Shown here piece by piece: positions 1 through 8,643 of a stretch of 27,269 bases of DNA (position 1 is its first letter; each line of letters opens with the position of its first letter). Source of the DNA: an uncultured archaeon. GTDB taxonomy: Archaea; Iainarchaeota; Iainarchaeia; Iainarchaeales; 0-14-0-20-30-16. The stretch is taken from positions 1,524 to 28,792 of the forward strand of contig CAYZSS010000011.1 in assembly GCA_964480435.1 (NCBI GenBank), given 5' to 3'. Position numbers and translations under genes: made by a program. The notes under the pieces were generated by a model, which worked only from the letters and a program-made list of their open reading frames with translations, did no database searches and was not told where the DNA came from.

Positions 1-17
1 GCCTTTTTTTAAAAGGC
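1..17. terminator. Palindromic T/A-run hairpin GCCTTTTTTTAAAAGGC, a possible bidirectional oligo-T terminator; first member of a 4-copy hairpin family
   Basis: 7-bp stem (GCCTTTT/AAAAGGC) with a TTT loop and T-runs on both strands. Related copies lie at 70-86, 21909-21925 and, degenerate, at 26070-26087. Confidence 0.4.
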
Positions 18-69
18 TCGTAAGTATGCTCGCTTGACGTAGTCAAAGACATACACTTTTGCCAACTTA

Positions 70-86
70 GGCTTTTTTTAAAAGCC
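70..86. terminator. Palindromic hairpin GGCTTTTTTTAAAAGCC (same geometry, GC clamp swapped)
   Basis: 7-bp stem and TTT loop. It lies upstream of the TATA-like TTTTATATATAT (112-123) of the TrmB gene. Confidence 0.4.
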
Positions 87-166
87 CAGTAACTTTGTGA
101 CTCAAAACATAATCTTTTATATATATGCTGTCTTTTATATATATAGTCGTACAGAGAGTGGGATTT

Positions 167-889
167 ATGTTTGTTGAACACGTAAGTAATCTAAAGTATT
201 TAGGCTTAACAGAGTATCAGGCTAAAGTTCTGTATGCTTTAATGAAGAATAAGGTAAGTACTATCTCAGAAATAGAAAATATAGCTGGTGTTCCAAAAAC
301 AAGGATATACGATGTAATGAAAGAACTAATGGATAAGGATTATGTTATCCAAATTGAAAATAAACCAAAGAAGTATAGAATAAGAAATGTTGATTTAGTA
401 CTGGATAACCTTGTAGAAACCAAAGAAAAAGAGTTTAACAGTATAAAAGTTAATATGGGCTTGATGAAGGAAATGTTTAAAGCAAACGAAATGCCTCTAC
501 AAAATAAAATAATTAATCTGGATAAAAAGAACTTTTTAAGACTTTTAAATGAGGAATTAGCAAACGCAAACCTAAATATTGCTGCGCTTTCTGGCTCAGA
601 AATTGGGGAAAAAGAACTAAAAGATAGGCTAAAAAAAGCAGTAGAGAAGAATATCAATGTAAAGATAGTAGCTCACGCAGATCATAAAAAGCATATTTGG
701 GAAATAGGTGGAGAAGGAAGAGAATACAATCATAACATGCTTGCCTATATAATTGATGGAAAAAAGGCGATCTTTAGACTAAACCCTGATAGTGACCAAC
801 AATATCAAGTATCTGTTGTTGAAAACAACGATGGATTAGTAACTATGCTTAAACATTATTTTGATTCCTGCTGGACACAAGGAAAATAG
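167..889 (+). CDS. TrmB-family transcriptional regulator (winged HTH plus TrmB-type C-terminal domain)
   Basis: The N-terminus LGLTEYQAKVLYALMKNKVSTISEIENIAGVPKTRIYDVMKELMDKDYV is a typical TrmB HTH. The ORF opens at ATG 125, but the TATA-like box at 112-123 overlaps that codon, so ATG 167 (MFVEH) is the more likely start. Confidence 0.8.
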   Translation: MFVEHVSNLKYLGLTEYQAKVLYALMKNKVSTISEIENIAGVPKTRIYDVMKELMDKDYVIQIENKPKKYRIRNVDLVLDNLVETKEKEFNSIKVNMGLMKEMFKANEMPLQNKIINLDKKNFLRLLNEELANANLNIAALSGSEIGEKELKDRLKKAVEKNINVKIVAHADHKKHIWEIGGEGREYNHNMLAYIIDGKKAIFRLNPDSDQQYQVSVVENNDGLVTMLKHYFDSCWTQGK

Positions 890-922
890 TTTAATCTAAC
901 TACGAATAAGTTTTCTTAATTG

Positions 923-930
923 TTTTTTTT
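923..930 (+). terminator. Oligo-T (T8) archaeal terminator after the TrmB gene
   Basis: A run of 8 T lies 34 nt after the stop codon. Confidence 0.4.
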
Positions 931-1013
931 CTAAGGGCTTAGTTTAAAAAGCTTACTTATATAATATATATTATCTTATTTTGCCTATGAACTGGTAGTA
1001 GGGAGGTGTAGTT

Positions 1014-1379
1014 ATGGCGCAATATGTAAAATTTGAAACTCCACAAGAAACTTATGAAAAGGTAAAATCATTACTTTCTAAGATTTCAAAAGGTGGAAAA
1101 ATAAAAGCAGGAGTAAATGAAGTAACAAAAATAGTTGAAAGAGGACAAGCAAAATTTGTAGTTATGGCAGAAGATGTTAGCCCTGAAGAACTTTTGATGC
1201 ATTTACCTGTTTTATGTAAAGAAAAGAAAGTGTCATTTGCTTATGTTACAACAAAGAAAGATTTAGGAGAAGCATCAGGATTGAAAATCTCTGCATCTTG
1301 TATTGCAGTAACTGATGATGGAAGTTTAGCTAAAGACTTGGACCAATTAAAGAAACAATTGTCTGAGCTAGTGAAGTGA
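1014..1379 (+). CDS. rpl7ae: Ribosomal protein L7Ae (K-turn binding protein)
   Basis: GVNEVTKIVERGQAKFVVMAEDVSPEELLMHLPVLCKEKKVSFAYV is the L7Ae signature region. The SD GGGAGGTG (1001-1008) lies upstream. Confidence 0.95.
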   Translation: MAQYVKFETPQETYEKVKSLLSKISKGGKIKAGVNEVTKIVERGQAKFVVMAEDVSPEELLMHLPVLCKEKKVSFAYVTTKKDLGEASGLKISASCIAVTDDGSLAKDLDQLKKQLSELVK

Positions 1380-1389
1380 GGTGTCTGTT

Positions 1390-1602
1390 ATGGCTGATGA
1401 AATGGGAACACCCGCAGAAATAGTGGAACTAATAAAAAGAACTGGAGTAAGTGGGGAAATCACACAGGTTCTTTGTAGAGTTCTAGATGGTCCTGAAAAA
1501 GGGCGTGTAAAAAGAAGAAATGTTAAAGGCCCGGTACAGAAAGGGGACGTGCTTATTTTGCTAAATGTGCAGAAGGAAGCGAAGGAAATAAGAGCTAGGT
1601 GA
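1390..1602 (+). CDS. rps28e: Ribosomal protein S28e
   Basis: MADEMGTPAEIVELIKRTGVSGEITQVLCRVLDGPEKGRVKRRNVKGPV is S28e-like. ATG 1390 is preceded by GAGGTG, which overlaps the L7Ae stop. Confidence 0.9.
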   Translation: MADEMGTPAEIVELIKRTGVSGEITQVLCRVLDGPEKGRVKRRNVKGPVQKGDVLILLNVQKEAKEIRAR

Positions 1603-1608
1603 TAAACT

Positions 1609-1767
1609 ATGAAATGTTCATTCTGTAATAAAGATTTGAGGGAAGGTACCGGAGTAGAGTTTGTAAAAAACGATGGAACTATATTTTTCTTTTGTAGTTC
1701 AAAATGCGAAAAGAACAAATTAAACTTAAAAAGGAACCCTAATAAGATAAAATGGGTTAAAAAATAG
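1609..1767 (+). CDS. rpl24e: Ribosomal protein L24e (52 aa; absent from the supplied ORF track because it is under 60 aa)
   Basis: My translation is MKCSFCNKDLREGTGVEFVKNDGTIFFFCSSKCEKNKLNLKRNPNKIKWVKK. It has the C-x2-C...FCSxKC zinc motif and sits in the conserved L7Ae-S28e-L24e order. Confidence 0.85.
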   Translation: MKCSFCNKDLREGTGVEFVKNDGTIFFFCSSKCEKNKLNLKRNPNKIKWVKK

Positions 1768-1790
1768 GGACCCGAAATCAAGGCGATTTT

Positions 1791-3497
1791 ATGATCAGAG
1801 AACCAATAGTGGTTGTTGCAGGCCATGTTGACCATGGTAAAACAACTCTACTAGACTCCATAAGAGGAAGTACAGTCGCTCTTAAGGAGGCAGGTAGAAT
1901 AACCCAACACATTGGTGCTACTGATGTCCCTATTAGTGTAATTAACTCCTTTTCAGGCCCTCTTATTGATAAATTCAAATTTGATATTAAAATACCTGGG
2001 TTATTATTTATTGATACCCCTGGCCACGAAGCTTTTTTTACCCTTAGACAAAGAGGGTGCGGTCTTGCAGATATTGCTGTGCTTATCATTGATATAATGC
2101 AAGGTTGTCAACCACAAACCTTAGAGGTAATAAAATACCTAAAAGAGAATAAAACCCCTTTTATAGTTGCTTTAACTAAATCAGACATGATTTCTGGCTG
2201 GGATAAAACCCTAAAAGTTTCAGAAATAATGAAAGAAGTAGATGAAGGAAATACTTCTTTTGCAAAAGATTTTAATAATAGATTTTACACTATTTTAGGT
2301 ACTCTTTATGAACAAGGATACCCTGTAGAGCGGTTTGATAAAATCACAGATTTTACAAAAGAAGTAATATTGTTACCTGTAAGTGCAAAAACAGGGCAAG
2401 GAATAGAGTATTTGCTCTTGTTCTTGGCAGCAATATCTCAGAAATATTTGGAGAAAAAACTTGCTCTGAATGTTGAAGGTAAAGCAAAAGGTTTTGTTCT
2501 GGAAGTAAAAGAAGCAAAAGGAATGGGTAAGGTAATTGATGTAATAATTACTGATGGAATAATAAAAAGAAATGATATAATTTGTCTAAGTGGTAAGTCT
2601 GGTACAATCTACACAAAAGTAAAGAATATGCAGAAACCAAAGGAATTGGAAGAAATAATGCAGAAAAAAGTTGATTTTGATTTTGTTGATGAGGCAACCG
2701 CTGCATCGGGAATAAGAATAATTGCCCTAAAGCTTGATAATGTTATGGCTGGGGACTTACTTGAAGTTGTGGATGCCATTTGTGATGAAGAAAAATGCGA
2801 AGTGGCTTGTAGACAGAAAGGTATAATTGTTAAAGCGGATACTATCGGGTCAATGGAAGCATTGGAAGCCTTATTGAAGAAGGATAATATAGAGGTTTTA
2901 AAATCAGAAGTAGGGCATATAACTAAAGATGATGTTATGCTTGCGTCAGTGGCTTGTGATTGGAAAGATAGAGCAATAATTGGATTTAATGTGTCTGTTT
3001 TGGATAATGCTGCTGATTTAATTAAATGTAAGGACGTAAATCTGTTTTCTGGGTCTGTAGTTTACAATATAATTGATACTTACAAAGACTTCATAAAAAA
3101 CAAGGAAAAAAAGAACTTTGATGACCTTGTAAAAAAGGTGGGGCATCCAGTCTCTTTTAAAATATTTCCTGAGCATATATTTAAAAGGAACAAACCTTTA
3201 GTTTGTGGAGTCAAGATTTTATCTGGTAAACTTTATCCCGGCACAAGGGTTGCTATTGGTGATAAAGAGCTAGGAATAGTAAAGCAAATCCAAGATAATG
3301 GAAAAACAATAGATTTTGCTTCTGAAGGGCAAGAAATTGCTATATCTATAGAAAACGGAAATGCAGACAAAATTGATTTAAATAAAGAAGTACTCTCTTA
3401 TTTTAGAGAAAAAGACATAGAAGAATTCAAAATATATTTACCTGGAGATTTATTAAATAAAATAGAGGTAGTAAGTAAAAAAATATTGGAGTTTTGA
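1791..3497 (+). CDS. infB: Translation initiation factor aIF5B (IF2-type GTPase)
   Basis: G1 motif AGHVDHGKTTLLD, G3 motif DTPGHEAF and a TKSD G4-like motif; 568 aa; no intein. Confidence 0.93.
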   Translation: MIREPIVVVAGHVDHGKTTLLDSIRGSTVALKEAGRITQHIGATDVPISVINSFSGPLIDKFKFDIKIPGLLFIDTPGHEAFFTLRQRGCGLADIAVLIIDIMQGCQPQTLEVIKYLKENKTPFIVALTKSDMISGWDKTLKVSEIMKEVDEGNTSFAKDFNNRFYTILGTLYEQGYPVERFDKITDFTKEVILLPVSAKTGQGIEYLLLFLAAISQKYLEKKLALNVEGKAKGFVLEVKEAKGMGKVIDVIITDGIIKRNDIICLSGKSGTIYTKVKNMQKPKELEEIMQKKVDFDFVDEATAASGIRIIALKLDNVMAGDLLEVVDAICDEEKCEVACRQKGIIVKADTIGSMEALEALLKKDNIEVLKSEVGHITKDDVMLASVACDWKDRAIIGFNVSVLDNAADLIKCKDVNLFSGSVVYNIIDTYKDFIKNKEKKNFDDLVKKVGHPVSFKIFPEHIFKRNKPLVCGVKILSGKLYPGTRVAIGDKELGIVKQIQDNGKTIDFASEGQEIAISIENGNADKIDLNKEVLSYFREKDIEEFKIYLPGDLLNKIEVVSKKILEF

Positions 3498-3520
3498 AAG
3501 AATTTTGATTGGTGATAAAT

Positions 3521-3907
3521 ATGATTGTGAATTTAGGAAACCCAAAAACATCAAAAACATATACTGTAAAAGTAGATACTGATGTATATGTTGGAAATAA
3601 AATTGGAGATGAAGTATCATTAGAACTTATTGGAATCAAAGGTAAAGGAATAATTACTGGCGGTTCAACTAAGGAAGGAGTGCCTCTTGCATCTTTTTTG
3701 AATGTTCAGGGATATAAAAAAGCATTACTAAACCCAGGGTTTGGATTTAAAGATAGTACAAGAAAGGGACAAAAGAAGAGAACAACTTTACATGGTATGT
3801 TTGTTGATGAGAGAATAGCTCAAATTAATATAAAAATTATAGATTTAAAAGAAGATAACTTAGAAGAAAAATATGCTAAGCCAAAGGAAGAGAAGAAAGA
3901 AGAATAA
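3521..3907 (+). CDS. rps6e: Ribosomal protein S6e
   Basis: MIVNLGNPKTSKTYTVKV...GGSTKEGVPL...KGQKKRTTLHG is S6e-like. ATG 3521 is preceded by GGTGAT; the track ORF starts at an upstream TTG. Confidence 0.85.
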   Translation: MIVNLGNPKTSKTYTVKVDTDVYVGNKIGDEVSLELIGIKGKGIITGGSTKEGVPLASFLNVQGYKKALLNPGFGFKDSTRKGQKKRTTLHGMFVDERIAQINIKIIDLKEDNLEEKYAKPKEEKKEE

Positions 3908-3927
3908 TGGAAATAAGTGATTAATTC

Positions 3928-5115
3928 ATGGATAATTTGGGAGACAAGCAAGCAGTAGTTAATATTGGACTAATTGGTCACGTTGATCATGGTAAAACCA
4001 GTGTAACTAAAATGCTGTCTGGCAAATGGACCGATACTCATTCTGAAGAACTTAAAAGAGGAATATCTATTAGATTAGGTTTTGCTGATACTAGTTTTTA
4101 TCTTTGCCCTAAATGTAATAGTTATGGTACTGATGAAAAATGTAGTTGTGGTGGCAAAGCAACATTTTTACGAAGAGTTTCTTTTGTTGATGCTCCAGGT
4201 CACGAAACACTAATGGCAACTATGCTAAGTGGTTCAACAGTTATGGATGGGGCTTTATTAATTATAGCGGCAAATGAAGAATGCCCTCAACCGCGAACAA
4301 AAGAACACCTTCTGGCAATTAATATGGCTGGGGTAAAGAATGTTGTTGTTGTACAAAATAAAGTTGATTTGGTAGATAAAGAGAAAGCTTTAATAAATTA
4401 TAAGCAAATAAAAGGATTTTTAAAAGAAGTGGGCTATGAAAACACCCCGATAATACCGATTTCTGCAAATATGGGTTTAAATAAATCTGGATTAATTCAG
4501 GCAATGGAAGAAGTAATAAAAACTCCTAAACGTGATGAAAAAGCAGATTTATTTATGTGGGTTGTAAGATCTTTTGATGTAAATAAACCCGGCGCAGATA
4601 TTAGCGAATTAAAAGGTGGAGTTTTAGGTGGTACAATAGTAAAAGGACTTCTAAAAGTGGGAGATGAAATTGAAATATCTCCTGTGGATGGGGGAAAATT
4701 GATTACTAAAGTAACTAGCTTAAGAACAGAGAAAGGAGAATTAGAAATTGCTAGACCTGGTGGATTAGTTGCTGTTGCTACTGAATTAGATTCAGCAATG
4801 ACATTTAATGATTCAATGAAAGGAAAAGTAGTTGGCGCTAATGGGAAATTACCTGAACCGGTATCCCAAATAGAATTAGAAGTAACCTCTTTAGAAAGAG
4901 AATTAATGAAATTTGATAAAGATATTTTTATTAATGAACCTTTGGTTTTAACTATTGGAACAAGCACAAATTTAGGTGTTGTTAGTGCAATACAAAAAAA
5001 TAAAATAAAGGTTAATTTGCGATTAAAAGCAATAGTGCAAAAAGAACAAAATGTGGCAATAAGTAGAAATTTCCAGAACGGCTGGCATCTTTATGGATAT
5101 GGAAAATGTTTATGA
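3928..5115 (+). CDS. eif2g: Translation initiation factor aIF2 gamma subunit
   Basis: GHVDHGKTS, DAPGHE and NKVD GTPase motifs, plus the zinc knuckle CPKCNSYGTDEKCSCGG. Confidence 0.95.
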   Translation: MDNLGDKQAVVNIGLIGHVDHGKTSVTKMLSGKWTDTHSEELKRGISIRLGFADTSFYLCPKCNSYGTDEKCSCGGKATFLRRVSFVDAPGHETLMATMLSGSTVMDGALLIIAANEECPQPRTKEHLLAINMAGVKNVVVVQNKVDLVDKEKALINYKQIKGFLKEVGYENTPIIPISANMGLNKSGLIQAMEEVIKTPKRDEKADLFMWVVRSFDVNKPGADISELKGGVLGGTIVKGLLKVGDEIEISPVDGGKLITKVTSLRTEKGELEIARPGGLVAVATELDSAMTFNDSMKGKVVGANGKLPEPVSQIELEVTSLERELMKFDKDIFINEPLVLTIGTSTNLGVVSAIQKNKIKVNLRLKAIVQKEQNVAISRNFQNGWHLYGYGKCL

Positions 5116-5470
5116 TACAATAGTAGTAGATACTAGTGTATTACTGGGGATTTATGAAACAAAATGTGATCCTTTTGAAGAATTGAATGTAAAGCAAATT
5201 TACATACCTGGTGCAGTAATAAAAGAACTAGATAAACTGGCTGAAAAATCAAGAAAATACGAAATAGCGAAAAAGTTAATATTTAAGTTATTATCTTTAT
5301 ACAATATTATATTAGGTAAAGACGAAAGTAGCTTTGCTGATGAAGTAATACTTAAATTAGTAGATAAGTACAAGGTATTTTTTACTAATGACAAAGAACT
5401 TAAAAAAAGTTTAATAAAAAAAGGAGTAATAGTGTACTCTTTTAATAAACAAGGAATAGTAAGGAACTAA
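5093..5470 (+). CDS. PIN-domain protein (Fcf1/COG1412-like), conserved neighbour of aIF2-gamma and rpoE' in archaea
   Basis: Acidic PIN residues occur in VVDTSVL and FFTNDKEL. It overlaps the aIF2-gamma 3' end by 23 nt, and the synteny is typical. Confidence 0.75.
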   Translation: MDMENVYDTIVVDTSVLLGIYETKCDPFEELNVKQIYIPGAVIKELDKLAEKSRKYEIAKKLIFKLLSLYNIILGKDESSFADEVILKLVDKYKVFFTNDKELKKSLIKKGVIVYSFNKQGIVRN

Positions 5471-5485
5471 ATTTTGGGTGGAAAG

Positions 5486-6130
5486 ATGTTTTATATAGTT
5501 GATATGGCAAAAGTAATAAGAATACCCGCAGCTAGCTTTGGGAATAATATTAAAGATAGTGTAAAAAAGATATTAGGTAACGAAGCCGAAGGAAAAATAG
5601 ATGAAAAACACGGTGTAATAATTTGTATTGTAGATGTGTTAAATATGGGCGAAGCTAAAGTACCTTTGGGAGATAGTGCTGCTTATATTGCAGTAAATTA
5701 TAAAACATTGGTATTTACTCCTGAAATTGGCGCAGTATATGAAGCACAAATAAAAGATTTAGTAGAATTTGGAGTATTTTTAGGGCTTGGTCCTTTTGAT
5801 GGATTGGTTCACGTATCACAGTTGATGGATGATTTTATTAATTATGATGCTAAGAATAGAGGATTTATAGGTAGAGATACAAAACTATCTTTATCATTAG
5901 ATGATATTGTTTTTGCTAAGCTAATAAATTGTAGTAGTAGCAGTGATGTTGTGCAAACAAAAATTGGTTTAACTATGAGACAAAAAGGATTAGGAAAAAT
6001 GGATTGGATTTTAAAGTCTAAAAAAGATGGTGAAGAAGGATCTGAGGATAAAGAAAAGAAACCAAAAAAAGCATCCGCAACAGCAGAAACTGAAAAGCCT
6101 GCAAAAGTAAGTAAGGGAAAGAAGAAATAA
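5486..6130 (+). CDS. rpoE: DNA-directed RNA polymerase subunit E' (Rpo7) with S1 domain and a Lys/Glu-rich C-terminal tail
   Basis: FTPEIGAVYEAQIKDLVEFGVFLGLGPFDGLVHVSQL is the Rpo7 S1 region. ATG 5486 was chosen over the upstream TTG. Confidence 0.85.
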   Translation: MFYIVDMAKVIRIPAASFGNNIKDSVKKILGNEAEGKIDEKHGVIICIVDVLNMGEAKVPLGDSAAYIAVNYKTLVFTPEIGAVYEAQIKDLVEFGVFLGLGPFDGLVHVSQLMDDFINYDAKNRGFIGRDTKLSLSLDDIVFAKLINCSSSSDVVQTKIGLTMRQKGLGKMDWILKSKKDGEEGSEDKEKKPKKASATAETEKPAKVSKGKKK

Positions 6131-6167
6131 ATAATTATAATTTAATAAGTTAGGATGAGATGATAGA

Positions 6168-6365
6168 ATGGTTAAAAGAGATTTATCATGTAAAGCATGT
6201 GGTTATATAAGTGAGGAAATAATTGATGTTTGCCCCGCTTGTAATAATAAAAAGTTTACCACTTTTTGGCAAGGGTATGTACTTATAATTGATGTAGAAA
6301 AATCCCAGGTAGCTGGTATTTTAGGAATAACTAAACCAGGAAAGTATGCATTAAGAATTGGATAA
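6168..6365 (+). CDS. spt4: Transcription elongation factor Spt4 / RpoE''
   Basis: Zinc ribbon CKACGY...CPACNN followed by WQGYVLIID; it lies directly after rpoE'. Confidence 0.8.
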   Translation: MVKRDLSCKACGYISEEIIDVCPACNNKKFTTFWQGYVLIIDVEKSQVAGILGITKPGKYALRIG

Positions 6366-6405
6366 AATTTTTTAAAGAATAGGACTGAATGGAGAGGATG
6401 ATATT

Positions 6406-6747
6406 ATGAAGTTTAAAACAATAAGAGAATCAGATAATAGACTTTTAGGTAGAAGAGAGTACTTAATAGGGGTAGACGATGTAGATAAAACTCCAAAAAG
6501 AGAAGACTTATTAAAACAAATTTCTGCAAAAATGGGCTTTGATGACAAAAAAGTAATAATTGATAAAATCAACACTACTTTTGGTATGTCCGAAGTAAAA
6601 GTATATGTAAAAGTATATGATAATGTAGAAGAGTTAGAAAAAATAGAATCTAAGAAAAATAAAATAAGAAGAAATAAATTATTTGGTGTTGAAGTTCCAA
6701 AAGTAGTAAAGAAAAAATCAGCAGAAAAGAAGAAAGGTAAAAAGTAA
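6406..6747 (+). CDS. rps24e: Ribosomal protein S24e
   Basis: NRLLGRREYLIGVDDVDKTPKREDLLKQISAKMG is S24e-like. Confidence 0.85.
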   Translation: MKFKTIRESDNRLLGRREYLIGVDDVDKTPKREDLLKQISAKMGFDDKKVIIDKINTTFGMSEVKVYVKVYDNVEELEKIESKKNKIRRNKLFGVEVPKVVKKKSAEKKKGKK

Positions 6748-6796
6748 AAGCAATTTGATATGAACTAAAATGATAAAATATTAAAGGTGATTTATT

Positions 6797-7015
6797 ATGG
6801 CAGCAGCCCCAGCAAAAGGAAAAGATGATAAGAAAAAAGAAGTAGTAAAGAAAGTAAAAGGAAAAAAGTCAGCATTCTATAAAGTAGAAGAAGACAAAGT
6901 AGTAAGAAGTCATAAATTCTGCCCTAAATGTGGGTCAGGAGTATTCTTGGCAAACCATAAAGATAGACTTTCTTGCGGAAAATGTAATTATACTGAATGG
7001 AAACAAAAAGCCTGA
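6797..7015 (+). CDS. rps27ae: Ribosomal protein S27ae (zinc ribbon)
   Basis: [25 protein letters not shown]; conserved position after S24e. Confidence 0.85.
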   Translation: MAAAPAKGKDDKKKEVVKKVKGKKSAFYKVEEDKVVRSHKFCPKCGSGVFLANHKDRLSCGKCNYTEWKQKA

Positions 7016-7064
7016 AATCCATTCTATTATTATTTATTCCTATTTTTATTAAATAGGTATTTTT

Positions 7065-7616
7065 ATGTGGTTAAATTTAATATTTTTATTTTTGCCTATA
7101 ATGTACTTTGCTATTCATTGGCACTATCATAAAACAGATACTTTTTTTAAAGATTTCAAAACTTTTTTTGGTATAAATAAAATAAATTATAAGAGTTTTT
7201 ACAAAGGAATTTTACTATTTGTAATTTTATTTGTTGTTTCAATTATTATAAATCTTATTGTGTATTTATTTTTTCCACAATATAATGATCTTGGAAAAGT
7301 AAGTGATACTATCTTAAGTTATATACAACTTGGGAAAATATTTTATTTCTTTGTTACTCTTGTTGTAGGGGTTTTCCTTGAAGAATTTTTCTTTAGGTCT
7401 TTTTTAGTTCCAAGATTAGGAGTGATTTTTTCAACTCTTGCTTTTGCTTTGTTGCATTATGGTTATGGTTCATGGGTTGAAATAGGTGGGGCCTTTGTTT
7501 TAGGTCTTGTGCTGGCATATTATTATAAGAAAAATAATGATTTATTCATTAATTTTTATGGGCATATAATTTATAACATATTAGTTGTGCTACTTGCAAT
7601 AATTGCGGTGATGTAA
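7065..7616 (+). CDS. CPBP (CAAX-type) intramembrane metalloprotease family protein
   Basis: EEFFFRSF (EExxxR), FALLHYGYG (FxxxH) and HIIYN (HxxxN) motifs in a multi-pass hydrophobic protein. Confidence 0.8.
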   Translation: MWLNLIFLFLPIMYFAIHWHYHKTDTFFKDFKTFFGINKINYKSFYKGILLFVILFVVSIIINLIVYLFFPQYNDLGKVSDTILSYIQLGKIFYFFVTLVVGVFLEEFFFRSFLVPRLGVIFSTLAFALLHYGYGSWVEIGGAFVLGLVLAYYYKKNNDLFINFYGHIIYNILVVLLAIIAVM

Positions 7617-8596
7617 TGCATATTTTGGGAATAGAAAGCACAGCACACACTTTTGGTGTAGGCATAATAACAGATAAAGGAAAAATTCTGGCAAATGAAA
7701 AAGACTCTCTGAAAACTGAAGGCAGAGGTTTTTTGCCACGGGAAATAGCAGAGCATAATTTTCAGGTAAGCTATGAAATACTAAATCGTGCCCTTTCTAA
7801 AGCAGAGTTAAAAATTGAAGATATTGATTTAATATCTTTTTCCCAAGGTCCTGGTTTTGGGCAATGCCTTACTTGTGGGGCTGTTATGGGACGGGCTTTA
7901 TCATTAAAGCATAATATCCCTCTTATTGGAATAAACCACTGCATAGCACACATAGAAATAGGTAAACTAGTTACTGGACTAAAGGATCCTTTGGTAATAT
8001 TTGCTTCCGGAGCAAATACCCAGATAATCGCCTTTAAAAATGGGTATTATAGGGTATTTGGGGAAACTCTTGATATGGGTATTGGAAATGCAATAGATCA
8101 TCTGGGTCGATATTTAGGGTATGGGTTCCCTGGCGGTCCTATATTAGATTCAACATATCCTAAAGGAAATTATATTGAATTGCCTTATACTGTAAAAGGA
8201 ATGGATTTGGCTTTTTCTGGGTTACTTACTGCTTCAAGAAATAAGATTGGAAAGGAAAAAACAGAGGATATTGCGCATTCATTTCTACATAACTTGTTTT
8301 CTATGCTGTTAGAAGTTTCAGAAAGGGCTTTGGCATACACTCAAAAAAAAGAACTTCTTGTTGTTGGTGGGGTTGCAGCATCTAAGACCTTAAAAAATAT
8401 GGCAGAAATAATGTGTAAGGATAGAGGAATCAAAGTTGCTTTTCCTGAAATGCAATACTGTGGAGATAATGGACTTATGATTGCTTGGCAGGGCTATTTG
8501 CAGTATGTTCTAGGCAAAGAAAGACCAACCATTGAGGAAAGTGTTGTAAAACCCAAACAAAGGCTAGATTCAGTAAATATAAGCTATCTAAAATAA
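7616..8596 (+). CDS. kae1: Kae1, tRNA N6-adenosine threonylcarbamoyltransferase (no Bud32 fusion)
   Basis: ILGIESTAHTFGVGI, GINHCIAHIE and VVGGVAAS motifs. The start overlaps the CPBP stop (TAATG). Confidence 0.92.
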   Translation: MHILGIESTAHTFGVGIITDKGKILANEKDSLKTEGRGFLPREIAEHNFQVSYEILNRALSKAELKIEDIDLISFSQGPGFGQCLTCGAVMGRALSLKHNIPLIGINHCIAHIEIGKLVTGLKDPLVIFASGANTQIIAFKNGYYRVFGETLDMGIGNAIDHLGRYLGYGFPGGPILDSTYPKGNYIELPYTVKGMDLAFSGLLTASRNKIGKEKTEDIAHSFLHNLFSMLLEVSERALAYTQKKELLVVGGVAASKTLKNMAEIMCKDRGIKVAFPEMQYCGDNGLMIAWQGYLQYVLGKERPTIEESVVKPKQRLDSVNISYLK

Positions 8597-8643
8597 AGAA
8601 ACAATTAAGGGATAAAGATTAAATAATTTTTATTTCATATTAT

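Noticed and set aside
1-110. Left-edge sequence as the 3' half of an intron-containing tRNA.
   Set aside because: After the putative splice point, the sequence forms GTATG...TTGAC-gta-GTCAA...CATAC. It has no 5-bp/7-nt T arm and no acceptor strand.
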